The position numbers and the translations under genes are program-made. A stretch of 39,137 nucleotides of DNA from Acidobacteriota bacterium (lineage in GTDB: Bacteria; Acidobacteriota; Terriglobia; Bryobacterales; JACQDG01), in assembly GCA_016201185.1 (NCBI GenBank), contig JACQDG010000022.1, positions 1-39,137 on the forward strand, given 5' to 3'. Shown one piece after another: positions 8,464 to 17,977 of this stretch. Below the pieces are notes generated by a model that searched no databases, had not been told where the DNA came from, and worked only from the letters and a program-made list of their open reading frames with translations. Every line of letters starts with the position of its first letter. Position 1 is the stretch's first letter.

Positions 8464-9813
8464 ATGAAAACCATTATCGAGCCGTTCAAGATCAAGGCCA
8501 TCGAGCCGATCCGCCAGACGACGGTCAAAGAACGCGAGGCCCACCTGGAAGAGGCCGGTTATAACCTGTTCCTGGTCCACGCGCGGAACGTCTTGATCGA
8601 TCTGCTCAGCGACTCCGGCACCAGCGCCATGAGCACTGAGCAATGGGCGGCGCTAATGCGCGGCGACGAAAGCTACGCCGGCAGTGAAAGCTTTTACCGC
8701 ATGCGGCGAGTGGTGCAGAACATCTTCGGGTTTCGTCATGTGATCCCCGCCCACCAGGGAAGGGCTGCCGAGCGCATTCTGTTCTCGGTGATGTGCAAGC
8801 CCGGCGACGTCGTTCCTTCCAACACCCACTTCGACACCACTCGGGCCAACATCGAGTTCGTCGGCGCCCGCGCCGTCGATCTGCCCATTCCGGAGGCCGC
8901 CGACACCCAGGCCCGGCTCCCCTTCAAAGGCAACATGGACGTGGAGGCGCTGCGCAAGCTGATCGTCGAGGTTACCCCGGCCCGCATCCCGCTAATTATG
9001 GTTACGGTGACCAACAATTCCGCCGGCGGCCAGCCGGTCTCCATGGCGAACCTGCGGGCCGTGCGCGCGGCGGCCGACGAGTTCGGCGTCCCGCTGTACA
9101 TCGACGCCTGCCGGTTTGCCGAAAACGCCTATTTCATCAAGCTCCGGGAGCCCGGCTACGAGTGCCGCACGCCGAAACAAATCGCCCAGGAAATGTTTTC
9201 ATTGGGCGACGGCTGCACCTTCTCCGCCAAAAAGGACGCCTTCGCCAACATCGGCGGTTTTCTCGCCACCAACAGCGACTCCCTGGCCGAACTGGAAAAG
9301 AACCTGCTGATCCTGACCGAGGGCTTTCCCACTTACGGGGGTCTGGCGGGGCGCGACCTGGAGGCGATCGGCGTGGGCCTGGAGGAGGTGCTTCACGAGG
9401 ATTACCTGCAATACCGCATCGCCTCGACCGGCTATCTGGGCCGCCGCATCGCCGACCATGGCGTGCCCATCGTCGAGCCGCCCGGCGCCCACGCCATCTA
9501 CATCGACGCCGGCCGCATGCTCCCCCACATCCCGCGGGCGCAGTTCCCAGCCCAGGCCCTGGTGGTGGAGCTTTACCGCCACGCCGGCATCCGCTCGGTG
9601 GAGATCGGCTCGGTGATGTTCGGTGAAAACGCCACGCACGAGCTGGTGCGGCTGGCCATCCCCCGCCGCGTCTACACGCAAAGCCACATCGATTACGTGG
9701 TGGAGGCGATCCTGGAAGTGAACGACCGCCGCGAGAAAATCCGCGGCCTGCAAATGACCTACGAGGCGAAGTTCCTGCGCCACTTTACGGCGCGGTTCCG
9801 GCCGGCGGCATAG
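8464..9813 (+). CDS. Beta-eliminating lyase (tryptophanase / tyrosine phenol-lyase family)
   Basis: The track ORF starts at 8407. I prefer ATG 8464 (MKTIIEPFKIKAIEPIR) because TnaA/TPL proteins start this way. The PLP-lysine context is FSAKKDAFANIGGF. I cannot tell TnaA from TPL by eye. Confidence 0.85.
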   Translation: MKTIIEPFKIKAIEPIRQTTVKEREAHLEEAGYNLFLVHARNVLIDLLSDSGTSAMSTEQWAALMRGDESYAGSESFYRMRRVVQNIFGFRHVIPAHQGRAAERILFSVMCKPGDVVPSNTHFDTTRANIEFVGARAVDLPIPEAADTQARLPFKGNMDVEALRKLIVEVTPARIPLIMVTVTNNSAGGQPVSMANLRAVRAAADEFGVPLYIDACRFAENAYFIKLREPGYECRTPKQIAQEMFSLGDGCTFSAKKDAFANIGGFLATNSDSLAELEKNLLILTEGFPTYGGLAGRDLEAIGVGLEEVLHEDYLQYRIASTGYLGRRIADHGVPIVEPPGAHAIYIDAGRMLPHIPRAQFPAQALVVELYRHAGIRSVEIGSVMFGENATHELVRLAIPRRVYTQSHIDYVVEAILEVNDRREKIRGLQMTYEAKFLRHFTARFRPAA

Positions 9814-9878
9814 GTGGGCTACTTCGGACCCGGGGGGGGCGCTGTTGTTGCCCGGCAGGCCGCAGCAAACTCAAAGCC

Positions 9879-10109
9879 TCAGAGCTTCTCGGCGACCTCC
9901 AGGAACTCCTCCACGGAGAGTCCTGCCCTTGCAATGAGGGTTCGAAGGCTTCCTCGAGCGACTTCCGGATGGTTTGGAATGGAGAGCGTGGCGACATGAC
10001 CAGGCCTGGTCATGATAATGTGGCTGCCCCGCTGTCGAGCCACCTGCCAGCCAAGTCTCTCAAAGACCCGCAGAACCTGCCGTGGACGCAGGATCGGTAT
10101 GACAGCCAC
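9879..10109 (-). CDS. hicA: HicA-family (YcfA-like) mRNA interferase toxin
   Basis: 76 aa, ...VLRVFERLGWQVARQRGSHIIMTRPG... (GSH motif). The GTG start shares 1 nt with the hicB stop. Confidence 0.8.
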   Translation of the reverse strand: MAVIPILRPRQVLRVFERLGWQVARQRGSHIIMTRPGHVATLSIPNHPEVARGSLRTLIARAGLSVEEFLEVAEKL

Positions 10110-10315
10110 TAGGCCGGTACTTCCACTTCGCGGGTCGCGATTGTCAATGGCAGGCCCTTTTCAGCGCGCACCTGAAGGCATTCCACGATCGCTTCCCGGA
10201 TATTCTTTTCTGCTTCATCTTCGGTGGAACCTTGACTGACACACCCAGGTATCGCGGGACATTCCGCTATGAATACACCGTCCTCGTCCCGAAAAATTGT
10301 CACCTGCAGTTTCAT
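10109..10315 (-). CDS. hicB: HicB-family (UPF0150) antitoxin
   Basis: 68 aa, MKLQVTIFRDEDGVFIAECPAIPGCVSQGSTEDEAEKNIREAI, the typical HicB N-terminal fold signature. Confidence 0.8.
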   Translation of the reverse strand: MKLQVTIFRDEDGVFIAECPAIPGCVSQGSTEDEAEKNIREAIVECLQVRAEKGLPLTIATREVEVPA

Positions 10316-10361
10316 CGGAGCCTCGCCTTACCCCTTTTGTCTAGTATAGCTGAATGCACGG

Positions 10362-11522
10362 TCACGGCTTAGGGCCCGTGCCCCGATAAATGATCTTACC
10401 CCTCTGCAGCGTGTATCTAACCTTCGAGAAAGCTGCGATCTCCCCCGCCGGATCGCCGGCCAGCACCACGAGGTCGGCCTCCATTCCCGGGGCCACTCTG
10501 CCCGTGCGCTTCGATCCGCCGAAGCGCTCGGCCGGGGCGGTGGTCAGCGAAGCCAGGATTTGGCGGAAGCTTAAACCCGCCTCCGCCATCAGGCGGTATT
10601 CGTCGGTAGGATCGTAGTCCGACATATACCCCACGTCGGTGCCGAAAAGAATTTGCCCGCCTGCTTGCGAAAAAGCCCGAAGCTGGTCCTCACCCACACG
10701 GAGGAACTCGCTGGTTCCCTTCTCGCTGGCGTGTTTGCGTTCCAGCTCAAACTTCCACAACTTAAGCGTGGGCATCAGGGCCAGGGTGGTGTGAGCGAGG
10801 ACATCGACGCCCCCCTCGACCGCCGCCTTCAAGCCGGCCAGGTTCTGGGGATGCGCCAGGACCAGCTTGCCTTGCTGGTGTGCCTCCGCCGTGACGGCCT
10901 TCACCAGCTCCAGCGGCATCGCTCCCTCGACCCCCGCCGAGGCGGAAAAGATCTTGATCCCATCAGCGCCGTCCTTCAGTTTCTCCCGAACCATGGCCGT
11001 GGCCTCCTCGGGAGTGCGAACCTCGGGAAGCCGCAACGGCCGGAGGTAAACGGGAGTGCCGCCCTTCTTCACCAGTCCCGGGCCGGTCGTGAAAATTTTC
11101 GGTCCGGCGATCTGGCCGGCTTCGATGCGCCTTCGAATGGCCGCGGTGTTCCCAAAGAACGACCCCGTGTCGAAGACCGTGGTGAAGCCATATCTGGTGA
11201 ACATCTCCTCAAGCTGTCGCGCCAGCCGGGAGGAGGGCTGGACAGCGGCGAGCAGCCACTTCATCTCGGAAAAATGCACGTGGCTGTTCCAGAAGCCCGC
11301 CGTCACCGTAAGCCCCGTGCAATTGAGCACCCTAATGCCAGCGGAAAGCTGGACCTTGTCTTTCTCGTCCACGGCGGCGATCCGACCGTCGCGGATCCAC
11401 ACGACTCCGTTTTGAATTGGGTTTGAATCCGGCGAGGGATAGATCTTCCCGCCCACCAGCGCCAGATCGCCCGTGGCCGCCCAGGCGCAACAGGCGAATA
11501 GACCAAGCAACAGAGGCTTCAT
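10362..11522 (-). CDS. Secreted amidohydrolase-family metallohydrolase
   Basis: 386 aa with a signal peptide (MKPLLLGLFACCAWAA), the HxH metal motif (NSHVHF), and GKI...DGRIAAV typical of the amidohydrolase_1 N-terminus. The ATGA overlap (11519..11522) couples it to the upstream glycosyltransferase gene. Confidence 0.75.
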   Translation of the reverse strand: MKPLLLGLFACCAWAATGDLALVGGKIYPSPDSNPIQNGVVWIRDGRIAAVDEKDKVQLSAGIRVLNCTGLTVTAGFWNSHVHFSEMKWLLAAVQPSSRLARQLEEMFTRYGFTTVFDTGSFFGNTAAIRRRIEAGQIAGPKIFTTGPGLVKKGGTPVYLRPLRLPEVRTPEEATAMVREKLKDGADGIKIFSASAGVEGAMPLELVKAVTAEAHQQGKLVLAHPQNLAGLKAAVEGGVDVLAHTTLALMPTLKLWKFELERKHASEKGTSEFLRVGEDQLRAFSQAGGQILFGTDVGYMSDYDPTDEYRLMAEAGLSFRQILASLTTAPAERFGGSKRTGRVAPGMEADLVVLAGDPAGEIAAFSKVRYTLQRGKIIYRGTGPKP

Positions 11523-13891
11523 ACCGTGAAGAGGTTACGGTATGCTTGGCGGAATTGTTCCCGGTTGTATTCGGCCTCGACTCTGTGACGCCCCGCCTGT
11601 CCCATGTCGGCCCGCCGCCGCGGGTTCTCGAGTAACTCGTGTAACGCGGCAGCAAAGCGAGCGGCCTCTCGCGGCCCGGGCTCAACCAGCACGCCGGCGC
11701 CCGAATTCACTACTTCACCGGCCGCTCCTGCCCGAGAACACACCACCGGCCTTCCGCTGGCGAAGGCTTCGAGCACAATCAGCGGAATGCCCTCAGCCTG
11801 CGACGGAACCACCACTACATCTGCTTCAGCGAGCAGCGGCGGCATTTCTTCGACATGACCCAAGAGCGCGAACAGCGGTTCCAGGCCCGCCCGGCCTACT
11901 TGATCGCGAAGCCGGTTGCTTTCCGGACCGTCGCCCGCCACCAGAAAGCGAAAGTCGCGGGTGGGGCGGAGCCGCGCTATCTCGACGGCCATATCGACCA
12001 GCAGCAAAGGACGTTTGACCGGGTCGAGTCGCCCGGCAAAAAGGATGTTCTTGTTCTCTCCGGCCGCTCTGGGCGGAGCGGGGCGGAAGCGCTCGAGATC
12101 GATCCCGTTGCGGATCAGGCGGATCTTTTCCTCCGGCGTTCCCAGTTCCAGCATCCGCCGACGGCCGGCCTCGGATATCACCACCCGCACATCAATCTGG
12201 GCCGCCACCGGTGCGGTTGCGGAGACGAAATCCCAGCGCGGGTCCACCGCGTGGATCAGATCGACAATCTTCACCCGTGGCAACTCCCGGCGGATGTGCG
12301 GGATGGCGCTGTAGGCGGCGAGCGAGTTTTGAATCAGCAGGGCATCAAGCTCCCAGTTAACGGCCATGGAACATACCGCCGCGATCATCCGCTCCGGCAG
12401 CACCAGCACAGCGAGATCATAAACGTGGGAGACGGCCTGCCCCCACCGCGGCCGCCAACGGGAATCCTGTGATTGGGTGGCGATCAGGAACAACTCGTGA
12501 CCCTCGTCGCCGATAGCGCGAGCTACCTCCAGGAGCACGCTCTCGGCCCCGCCCGGGCCGAGATGAGGGGTAACCAAGGCCATGCGCCGCAGGCCGCCCG
12601 AAAGCCGGGGCAAATAGGGCAGAGGCTCGACCAGTGCCCCGGCAGCCAGCACGGATTGCGGCTGGAATCGAAGATAAAAGCTCAGGTCAAAGATGGAACG
12701 CCCAGCGGCCCGGTTGATGCGTTCCTTCACGCGCAGTGGGATCAGCCGCGAAACCGAGCGCAGCGGATGCCGCACCCAGGAATCAAGTGAGGTGAGCTCG
12801 GCATTCACCAGGTGGCGCTGGAGCCGCTCCAGCCGGAGCGGCCAGGCTGTTGGCGGTTCCCCCCGCGGTGACGCGATTGGGCCTTCCGCTTTCTGCGCCA
12901 GCTCCGACAAGCTGCCCGTTGCAGCCAGCGCCTGGCGCGAAACGGCCAGCGAATCGTCGGGGAGCCGCAATACGCCATGGCCGCCCCAAACCGCCAGCGC
13001 GCAAAGCTCGGCGCTGTGCGCATCGGCCGCCTGTCCGGCAGAAGGTACCAAGAATGCTTTCGCGCTCGATTGCTCGAGCGCTCGGCGCGGATCGGTCGTG
13101 GGAAGCCTCTCCCAATCCTCAATGGTCTGGCTTGTTTCGAGTTCCGCCCCCAGCACGCACACCGCCGGCGCCCAGCGCGACTTGATCCTGGCCCGTCCTT
13201 CCCGGGAATAAAGCGCGGGATGGTTACTACGAATCTTTTCGACCAGCTCCCGGTGATGCTCTCTCGACAGGCTCAGCAGCGAGCGGCCGTGCTTCCGGTA
13301 ATGGAAAAGCGGCCGGGGCAGGCGTCTTCCGAAGCGGGCTCGCTCGGCCAGGCGGAGCCAGAAGTCCCAGTCTTCGTAACCCAGCCGCATCGACTCGTCG
13401 TAGCCACCAGCCATCTCCCAATCGGCCAGCCGGATCAGAGAAGCGTAAATCAACGTGTTTTGCCACAGCAGGTCGTAGAGGTTGTAGTCGCGCAGCCGCT
13501 CGACGTACCGCGTGTCGCCGAAAACCTGGTAGTCGGTGTAGACGAAAGCGGCCTCCGGGTGGGCTTCAAGCGCGGCCACGCATTCGGCGATGAAGGCGGG
13601 CTCGAGCCGGTCGTCGGCGTCCAGCGGAACCACGTAAGCCCCGCCGGCGGCCCGGACGCCTGTATTTCGCGCTGCAGGCAAGCCCCGGTTCGCTTGTTCG
13701 AGATAGCGCCTGACGCGGCCCCGCAGCGATTCGAGGAGTCGAAGCCCCTCGGGCTCGTTCGTGCCGTCGTTCACCAGGATGATTTCGATGGGTTGGTGCG
13801 TCTGCGCCTCGACGCTGGATAGGGTCTCTTGCAAAAGGTGAGTCGGGTTGTAGCAGGGGATGACGACTGAGACCAGGGCCGGCGAGAGCAT
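11519..13891 (-). CDS. Bifunctional glycosyltransferase, GT2 (GT-A) N-terminal + GT4/GT1 (GT-B) C-terminal
   Basis: The track ORF extends to 14329, but that part overlaps the upstream gene and is Arg/Pro/Ala junk. I start at ATG 13891 (MLSPALVSVVIPCYNP), 5 nt after the upstream stop. GT2 motifs: VIPCYN, LVNDGT, PLDADD, YEDWDFWLR. GT4 motifs: FAGRLDPVKR, AEGIPLIVLEAFASGRPVV. Confidence 0.85.
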   Translation of the reverse strand: MLSPALVSVVIPCYNPTHLLQETLSSVEAQTHQPIEIILVNDGTNEPEGLRLLESLRGRVRRYLEQANRGLPAARNTGVRAAGGAYVVPLDADDRLEPAFIAECVAALEAHPEAAFVYTDYQVFGDTRYVERLRDYNLYDLLWQNTLIYASLIRLADWEMAGGYDESMRLGYEDWDFWLRLAERARFGRRLPRPLFHYRKHGRSLLSLSREHHRELVEKIRSNHPALYSREGRARIKSRWAPAVCVLGAELETSQTIEDWERLPTTDPRRALEQSSAKAFLVPSAGQAADAHSAELCALAVWGGHGVLRLPDDSLAVSRQALAATGSLSELAQKAEGPIASPRGEPPTAWPLRLERLQRHLVNAELTSLDSWVRHPLRSVSRLIPLRVKERINRAAGRSIFDLSFYLRFQPQSVLAAGALVEPLPYLPRLSGGLRRMALVTPHLGPGGAESVLLEVARAIGDEGHELFLIATQSQDSRWRPRWGQAVSHVYDLAVLVLPERMIAAVCSMAVNWELDALLIQNSLAAYSAIPHIRRELPRVKIVDLIHAVDPRWDFVSATAPVAAQIDVRVVISEAGRRRMLELGTPEEKIRLIRNGIDLERFRPAPPRAAGENKNILFAGRLDPVKRPLLLVDMAVEIARLRPTRDFRFLVAGDGPESNRLRDQVGRAGLEPLFALLGHVEEMPPLLAEADVVVVPSQAEGIPLIVLEAFASGRPVVCSRAGAAGEVVNSGAGVLVEPGPREAARFAAALHELLENPRRRADMGQAGRHRVEAEYNREQFRQAYRNLFTV

Positions 13892-13896
13892 TGCTG

Positions 13897-16437
13897 TCAC
13901 CGGGCCGCCGGGGCGGGCGGCTGCTCGGCGGCGGGTAGAGGCAAGAAAATGGCTTTCTGTTTCCCATCCATCGGGAGGCTGCTCGACAGAATCTTCAGCC
14001 GGTCGAGCGGCTGCGCAATATCGAAAACGCCGGCCCGCAAAAGTCTGGCCTGAGCGCTGAGCTTCGAGATGTCGCGCACAACATCCTGGATTACCACCAA
14101 CGGGCTGCCGCGCGGCGGAGGAGCGAGCTTGTCGAGGCCGATGTCCTGGTCGAACGAGAGCAGGATAGGCGTTTCCGACGGCTGGTCGGCCACGGCGTGG
14201 CCGAAGAAGCGAAGCTGGGCGCTGGCCGGGCGGGGCGCTTCCCACCGCAGGCGCAGCCAGGCAACCTCGCCTGCGCGGCGCAGCGAGTAGCCCGTCAGGC
14301 GCAGCCCCCCCTCGAAGGCCACGTCGCAATCGACGACTGGGGCTGGGGCCATCTTGAACGTGTAAACCGCCGTCGGCCCGGCATTAGAAATTACTACAGC
14401 TGCCGTGTAGTCGTCCTTGAGGGGCAGGGTGGAAGCCCAAACCGGCACCCGCAGGCGGGTTTCCGGATCAAACAGGCCGAGCCGCAATTGCGTCCCCTTT
14501 GCGGTCGCCGCCCGTAGAATCAGGTGGCGGGTCTCCTGGCCCTCGTCTCCCGGCTGCCACTCGGACACCGGCGGACTGCCGTGCAGGATCTCGTGGTCCA
14601 GGGAGCCGAGCAGACTGCCCTGGGCATCGACAATATGCGCGAAGCACCGCAGCGGCGCCGGCGGGGGATTCCGGCAGCGCCAGCGAAGCCCCAGGTTGAA
14701 AAGCCCTTCCCTTTCGGAAAACTTCAGGTCCGTCACCTGGAGATAGTTCCCAAAGTTCAGGTCGACTTTGTCGAGAGAAAGCGGCGGGGCGCCCTGGCGA
14801 GCGGGAAAGAAGGCATCCGGTCCACCGTCGGCGGTGTTTTCAAAGATGCGGATGCGGCCCCCGTCCGGAGCCTCGATGCCCGGCTGGACTTCCCGGAACA
14901 GCGGCCCGTGCAGCAGGAAATCGATGGTCCGCGGGCCGCTGCGGAAGCGGTCGGGGGGTTTTTGTGTGCCACCGTCCTTGAACAGGAAATACTGCACGCC
15001 GCTCATGATCTTGTGGATTTGATCCGTATCGGCGGTGTAGGCGGTGGTGTAAAACTCGAATGGATACTTCAGCAGGGCCGCCTCCAAATCCAGGTCGTTG
15101 CTGTTGAAGGACCAGGTGTCGGCCCCCAAGCCGATGATGAGCTTCGAGCCGGGGCCGATTCGCTCGCGATGGGCGATCCGTTGCAATGCCTCGCCCAGAG
15201 GCCAGTGCTGGGGATTGGGCGGAAACGCGTAGGCCGTGGCCGGAGAAAAAATCGACCACCGGCCCAGCCCCATGGTGCGCGAGCCGAAAATGGGGAAGGA
15301 ATTTCCCAACAGGATCAAGGACGTGCCACCGGCCACGGCAGCCAGCAGCGGGCGGCGAAGGATGGGCCAGCGTTCGAGCAAACCGTCGAACAACGCCGCC
15401 GCCACAAGTGCAAAGGCCGGCAGTATGGGCGCGATCAGGCGCACATCGCGGTTGTCCGAAAGCGCAAAAACCGGCAGCGTAGCCACCCAGGGAACCACGT
15501 AAGCCAGGGCGCCGCGAAGAAAATTGTCCCGCCGCACCGCCGCCCAGAAAACTAATCCCGCCGCGCCCACTAGCAAGTGAATCGCCGAAACGCCATGGTT
15601 GGCGAACATGAAAAAGTAATCGACCGCCATGCCCACCGGCGACTGCCGCTCGACCGGATGCACCGGCATGAAGTAGCTTTCCTGGAACGAGCGGCGGGTC
15701 ACTGCTTCCCAGTTGTGGTAATACCATGGTCCGGCCAGGATTATAGCCGGGGCCGCGATCAGCGCCACGTCCGCCACCAGCCGGCCGATTCGCCGCCCCC
15801 TCGCCCGCACCAGAATCACCGCCACGACCGGTCCCACAAACAGCGGGAAGGTGATCTTCATCAGCAGCCCGAGCCCGCACACCACCCCCAGCCACAGCAG
15901 CAAGCGATTCCTGCCCGTCCGCTCCCATTCGGCCAGGACCAGGCAGGCCGACACCACCAGCGCGGTAAGCCAGTATTCCGGCAGGTAGAGGCGCGACAGA
16001 CCGGCCAGCATTGGCGAAGTGAGTGCCAGGAACAGGGCCAGCAGCGAGATCCTTTCGCTGAAAAATTTGCGGCAGAACCGGTACAGCGCCGCTGACACAA
16101 CGATCAAGGCGACAGCATTGACCAGATAAAGGACAAACGTGGATCGCCCTAGCAAGCAAAAAAACGGCAGGGGCAGAACGGTGATCAGCGGGGCTTTGTC
16201 TCCCAGGGCGTGCTGGAAGCCTTTCCAGTAGGCCGCCAATCCTTGCTCGGCGAAGCGATCGAACAGACGCAGCGAGCTGGCCAGGTACCAACTGTCGTCC
16301 CAGCGGGTGGGGCCCTTTTCCGCCGCGGCCCAGGTGAAGAGCAGAGCCAGAGCGGCAGCCACGACCAGGTAAAAGAGAAAAGGAAATCTGGCGGAGTGGA
16401 AATCGGCGGGCGGGGAGACGGCGGGAGCCTCGCTCAT
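13897..16437 (-). CDS. GT-C membrane glycosyltransferase, GT39/PMT_2-like (paralog D), with two tandem beta-rich C-terminal domains
   Basis: I start at ATG 16437 (MSEAPAV...), which overlaps the upstream stop by 1 nt (TGATG). It shares DDSWYLASSLRLF, KAPLITVLPLPFF and GLGLLMKITFP with paralogs A-C and has many hydrophobic segments. The C-terminal region (about 13897..14765) contains two copies of the L..Y....L.L.W.......F.H..D pattern. Confidence 0.75.
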   Translation of the reverse strand: MSEAPAVSPPADFHSARFPFLFYLVVAAALALLFTWAAAEKGPTRWDDSWYLASSLRLFDRFAEQGLAAYWKGFQHALGDKAPLITVLPLPFFCLLGRSTFVLYLVNAVALIVVSAALYRFCRKFFSERISLLALFLALTSPMLAGLSRLYLPEYWLTALVVSACLVLAEWERTGRNRLLLWLGVVCGLGLLMKITFPLFVGPVVAVILVRARGRRIGRLVADVALIAAPAIILAGPWYYHNWEAVTRRSFQESYFMPVHPVERQSPVGMAVDYFFMFANHGVSAIHLLVGAAGLVFWAAVRRDNFLRGALAYVVPWVATLPVFALSDNRDVRLIAPILPAFALVAAALFDGLLERWPILRRPLLAAVAGGTSLILLGNSFPIFGSRTMGLGRWSIFSPATAYAFPPNPQHWPLGEALQRIAHRERIGPGSKLIIGLGADTWSFNSNDLDLEAALLKYPFEFYTTAYTADTDQIHKIMSGVQYFLFKDGGTQKPPDRFRSGPRTIDFLLHGPLFREVQPGIEAPDGGRIRIFENTADGGPDAFFPARQGAPPLSLDKVDLNFGNYLQVTDLKFSEREGLFNLGLRWRCRNPPPAPLRCFAHIVDAQGSLLGSLDHEILHGSPPVSEWQPGDEGQETRHLILRAATAKGTQLRLGLFDPETRLRVPVWASTLPLKDDYTAAVVISNAGPTAVYTFKMAPAPVVDCDVAFEGGLRLTGYSLRRAGEVAWLRLRWEAPRPASAQLRFFGHAVADQPSETPILLSFDQDIGLDKLAPPPRGSPLVVIQDVVRDISKLSAQARLLRAGVFDIAQPLDRLKILSSSLPMDGKQKAIFLPLPAAEQPPAPAAR

Positions 16438-17891
16438 CAGAAGAATTTGAATTTCCGGGTGGCGAACAGGCACATCCGCAACAGCAGCCACCCGTGACGG
16501 AAGCGGCTGATGTTGGTCGAGCCGTAGGAGCGCTCCCGGTACCGGATCGGAATCTCGACGATCTTCAGATTCTGTTTGGCCGCCCCGAACAGCAGGTCGA
16601 AGTCGCCGAACGGATCGAAATTGCCGAAGTAGGAGCGGTTGGCGGCGATCCTCTCATAATCCTCCCGCAGCAGGACCTTGGTGCCGCACAAAGTGTCCTT
16701 GATGGGCTGCTCCAGCAGCCAGGAGAAAATCTTGCTGAAGAATTTGTTCCCCAACAGGTTCAGGTAGCGCATGGCTTCCTTTTCCATGGGGTAGACCAGA
16801 CGGCAGCCGTTGATGAACTCCCCGGTGCTGCTTTCGATGGCGTCGAAGAAGCGGGGTAGATCTTCCGGCGCCACGGTCAGGTCAGCGTCGAGGATCAGCA
16901 GCACGTCGCCGGTGGCGGCGGCAAAGCCCTTGCGCACGGCGTCACCTTTGCCGCGCCCCTCGCCTTGCTCGATCAGCTTCAACTGGTGGTGGCCGCGATA
17001 GCGGGCGATCACGGTCCGGATTTCCTCGAGCGTGCCATCGGTCGAGTTGCCTTCCACAAAAATAATTTCCGTGCGCGTCCCCATTATGGGCGTGCGCTCG
17101 ACCACCGAGGCGATGTTGCCCCGCTCGTTGCGGCACGGCACGACGAGAGAGCAGGAATACCGCGGCCGCTCGCCGGCCGGCCGGGGCCGTGCCACAAGAT
17201 ATTGCTGCAACCCAAGGCGGCGCAGCAACGGTACGAGCTCGACCAGCCGGTTCACCACTTCAGAAACCAGTGGCAGGTGCAACGGCAACGGCATCCGCCG
17301 GCCGCCCCTGATCACTTCGAAGCCGCTCAGGTCGAGCAGGTTCTCCAAGTCCTGGTGGGTAAGCCAGTTTTGCAGGTTCTGCCGGGTCTTCAGTCCTAGC
17401 CGCTCGACCGCCTTCAGCACCGGCTCCCAAATATAGTTGTAGAAGTTGACGATCACGCGGGTCCGGGAGTGGCAGACCTTGCTGAGCTGTTGGAACGCAG
17501 CCTGCACGTCGTACAGGTCGCCCACCAAGTCGGAGAGGATGACATAGTCAAAAGGCTCGGCCAGAGCCGGGTGGGGCTCGATCTCGTGGGCGTCCATCCG
17601 CACGAAGCGGAGGTGCGGATGGCGCTTTTGCGCCACCTCCACCATGCGACTGCTCAGGTCCAGGCCCACCCCGTAGGCCGGATTCAGCGCCGCCAGCAGG
17701 TCGCCGTTGGCGCACCCGATCTCCAGCACCCGCGAGCCCTGCGGGACCAGGAACCGGCAAAGCCGGATAATACCGTCGAAGTAGTTCCGGTTTTTGCGTT
17801 CGGCCCACTGCGAGGCCAGCGCATCGTAATAGCCGGTCAGGTCGCGGTGGGCGTGGCTGGCGCGGCCGGCCGTGGCAGTCGGGGTCGGCAT
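16437..17891 (-). CDS. Bifunctional class I SAM methyltransferase + GT2 glycosyltransferase
   Basis: 484 aa. MT motif I is VLEIGCANGDLL. The GT2 part has SLVVPCRNERGNI, FVEGNSTDGT and ILDADLTV, resembling dolichyl-phosphate sugar synthases. Confidence 0.85.
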   Translation of the reverse strand: MPTPTATAGRASHAHRDLTGYYDALASQWAERKNRNYFDGIIRLCRFLVPQGSRVLEIGCANGDLLAALNPAYGVGLDLSSRMVEVAQKRHPHLRFVRMDAHEIEPHPALAEPFDYVILSDLVGDLYDVQAAFQQLSKVCHSRTRVIVNFYNYIWEPVLKAVERLGLKTRQNLQNWLTHQDLENLLDLSGFEVIRGGRRMPLPLHLPLVSEVVNRLVELVPLLRRLGLQQYLVARPRPAGERPRYSCSLVVPCRNERGNIASVVERTPIMGTRTEIIFVEGNSTDGTLEEIRTVIARYRGHHQLKLIEQGEGRGKGDAVRKGFAAATGDVLLILDADLTVAPEDLPRFFDAIESSTGEFINGCRLVYPMEKEAMRYLNLLGNKFFSKIFSWLLEQPIKDTLCGTKVLLREDYERIAANRSYFGNFDPFGDFDLLFGAAKQNLKIVEIPIRYRERSYGSTNISRFRHGWLLLRMCLFATRKFKFF

Positions 17892-17977
17892 CCGTCAACG
17901 ACTTCTACAAAGTGGCGTTTCTGGCCTATGATAGCACCACGCACCTACCGCCTGACCGGCCGAGGTCTCCGGCTCCC

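Noticed and set aside
9814-9878. Possible rho-independent terminator between the lyase gene and hicA
   Set aside because: Only a 5-bp stem (ccggg/cccgg) with a long loop and no T-tract, which is too weak to call.
10316-10361. TATACT -10-like hexamer upstream of hicB (minus strand)
   Set aside because: It is plausible, but it rests on a single hexamer with no -35 box and no supporting data, so it is not reported as a feature.
13892-14329. N-terminal 146-aa extension of the GT2-GT4 ORF (the track start at 14329)
   Set aside because: The extension overlaps the 3' end of the upstream GT39-like gene in another frame and is Arg/Pro/Ala low-complexity sequence. The GT2 domain begins right after the internal ATG at 13891, which lies 5 nt after the upstream stop.
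14840-16291. 483-aa minus-strand ORF inside paralog D, and similar long alternative-frame or antisense ORFs (20332..21858, 24318..25229, 25199..26026, 28006..28908, 33840..35003, 38142..38987, 8793..9626, 6943..7770)
   Set aside because: All are fully nested in, or antisense to, genes with strong motif support. They are dominated by Arg/Gly/Pro/Ala and have no independent start context. They are artefacts expected at this GC content.
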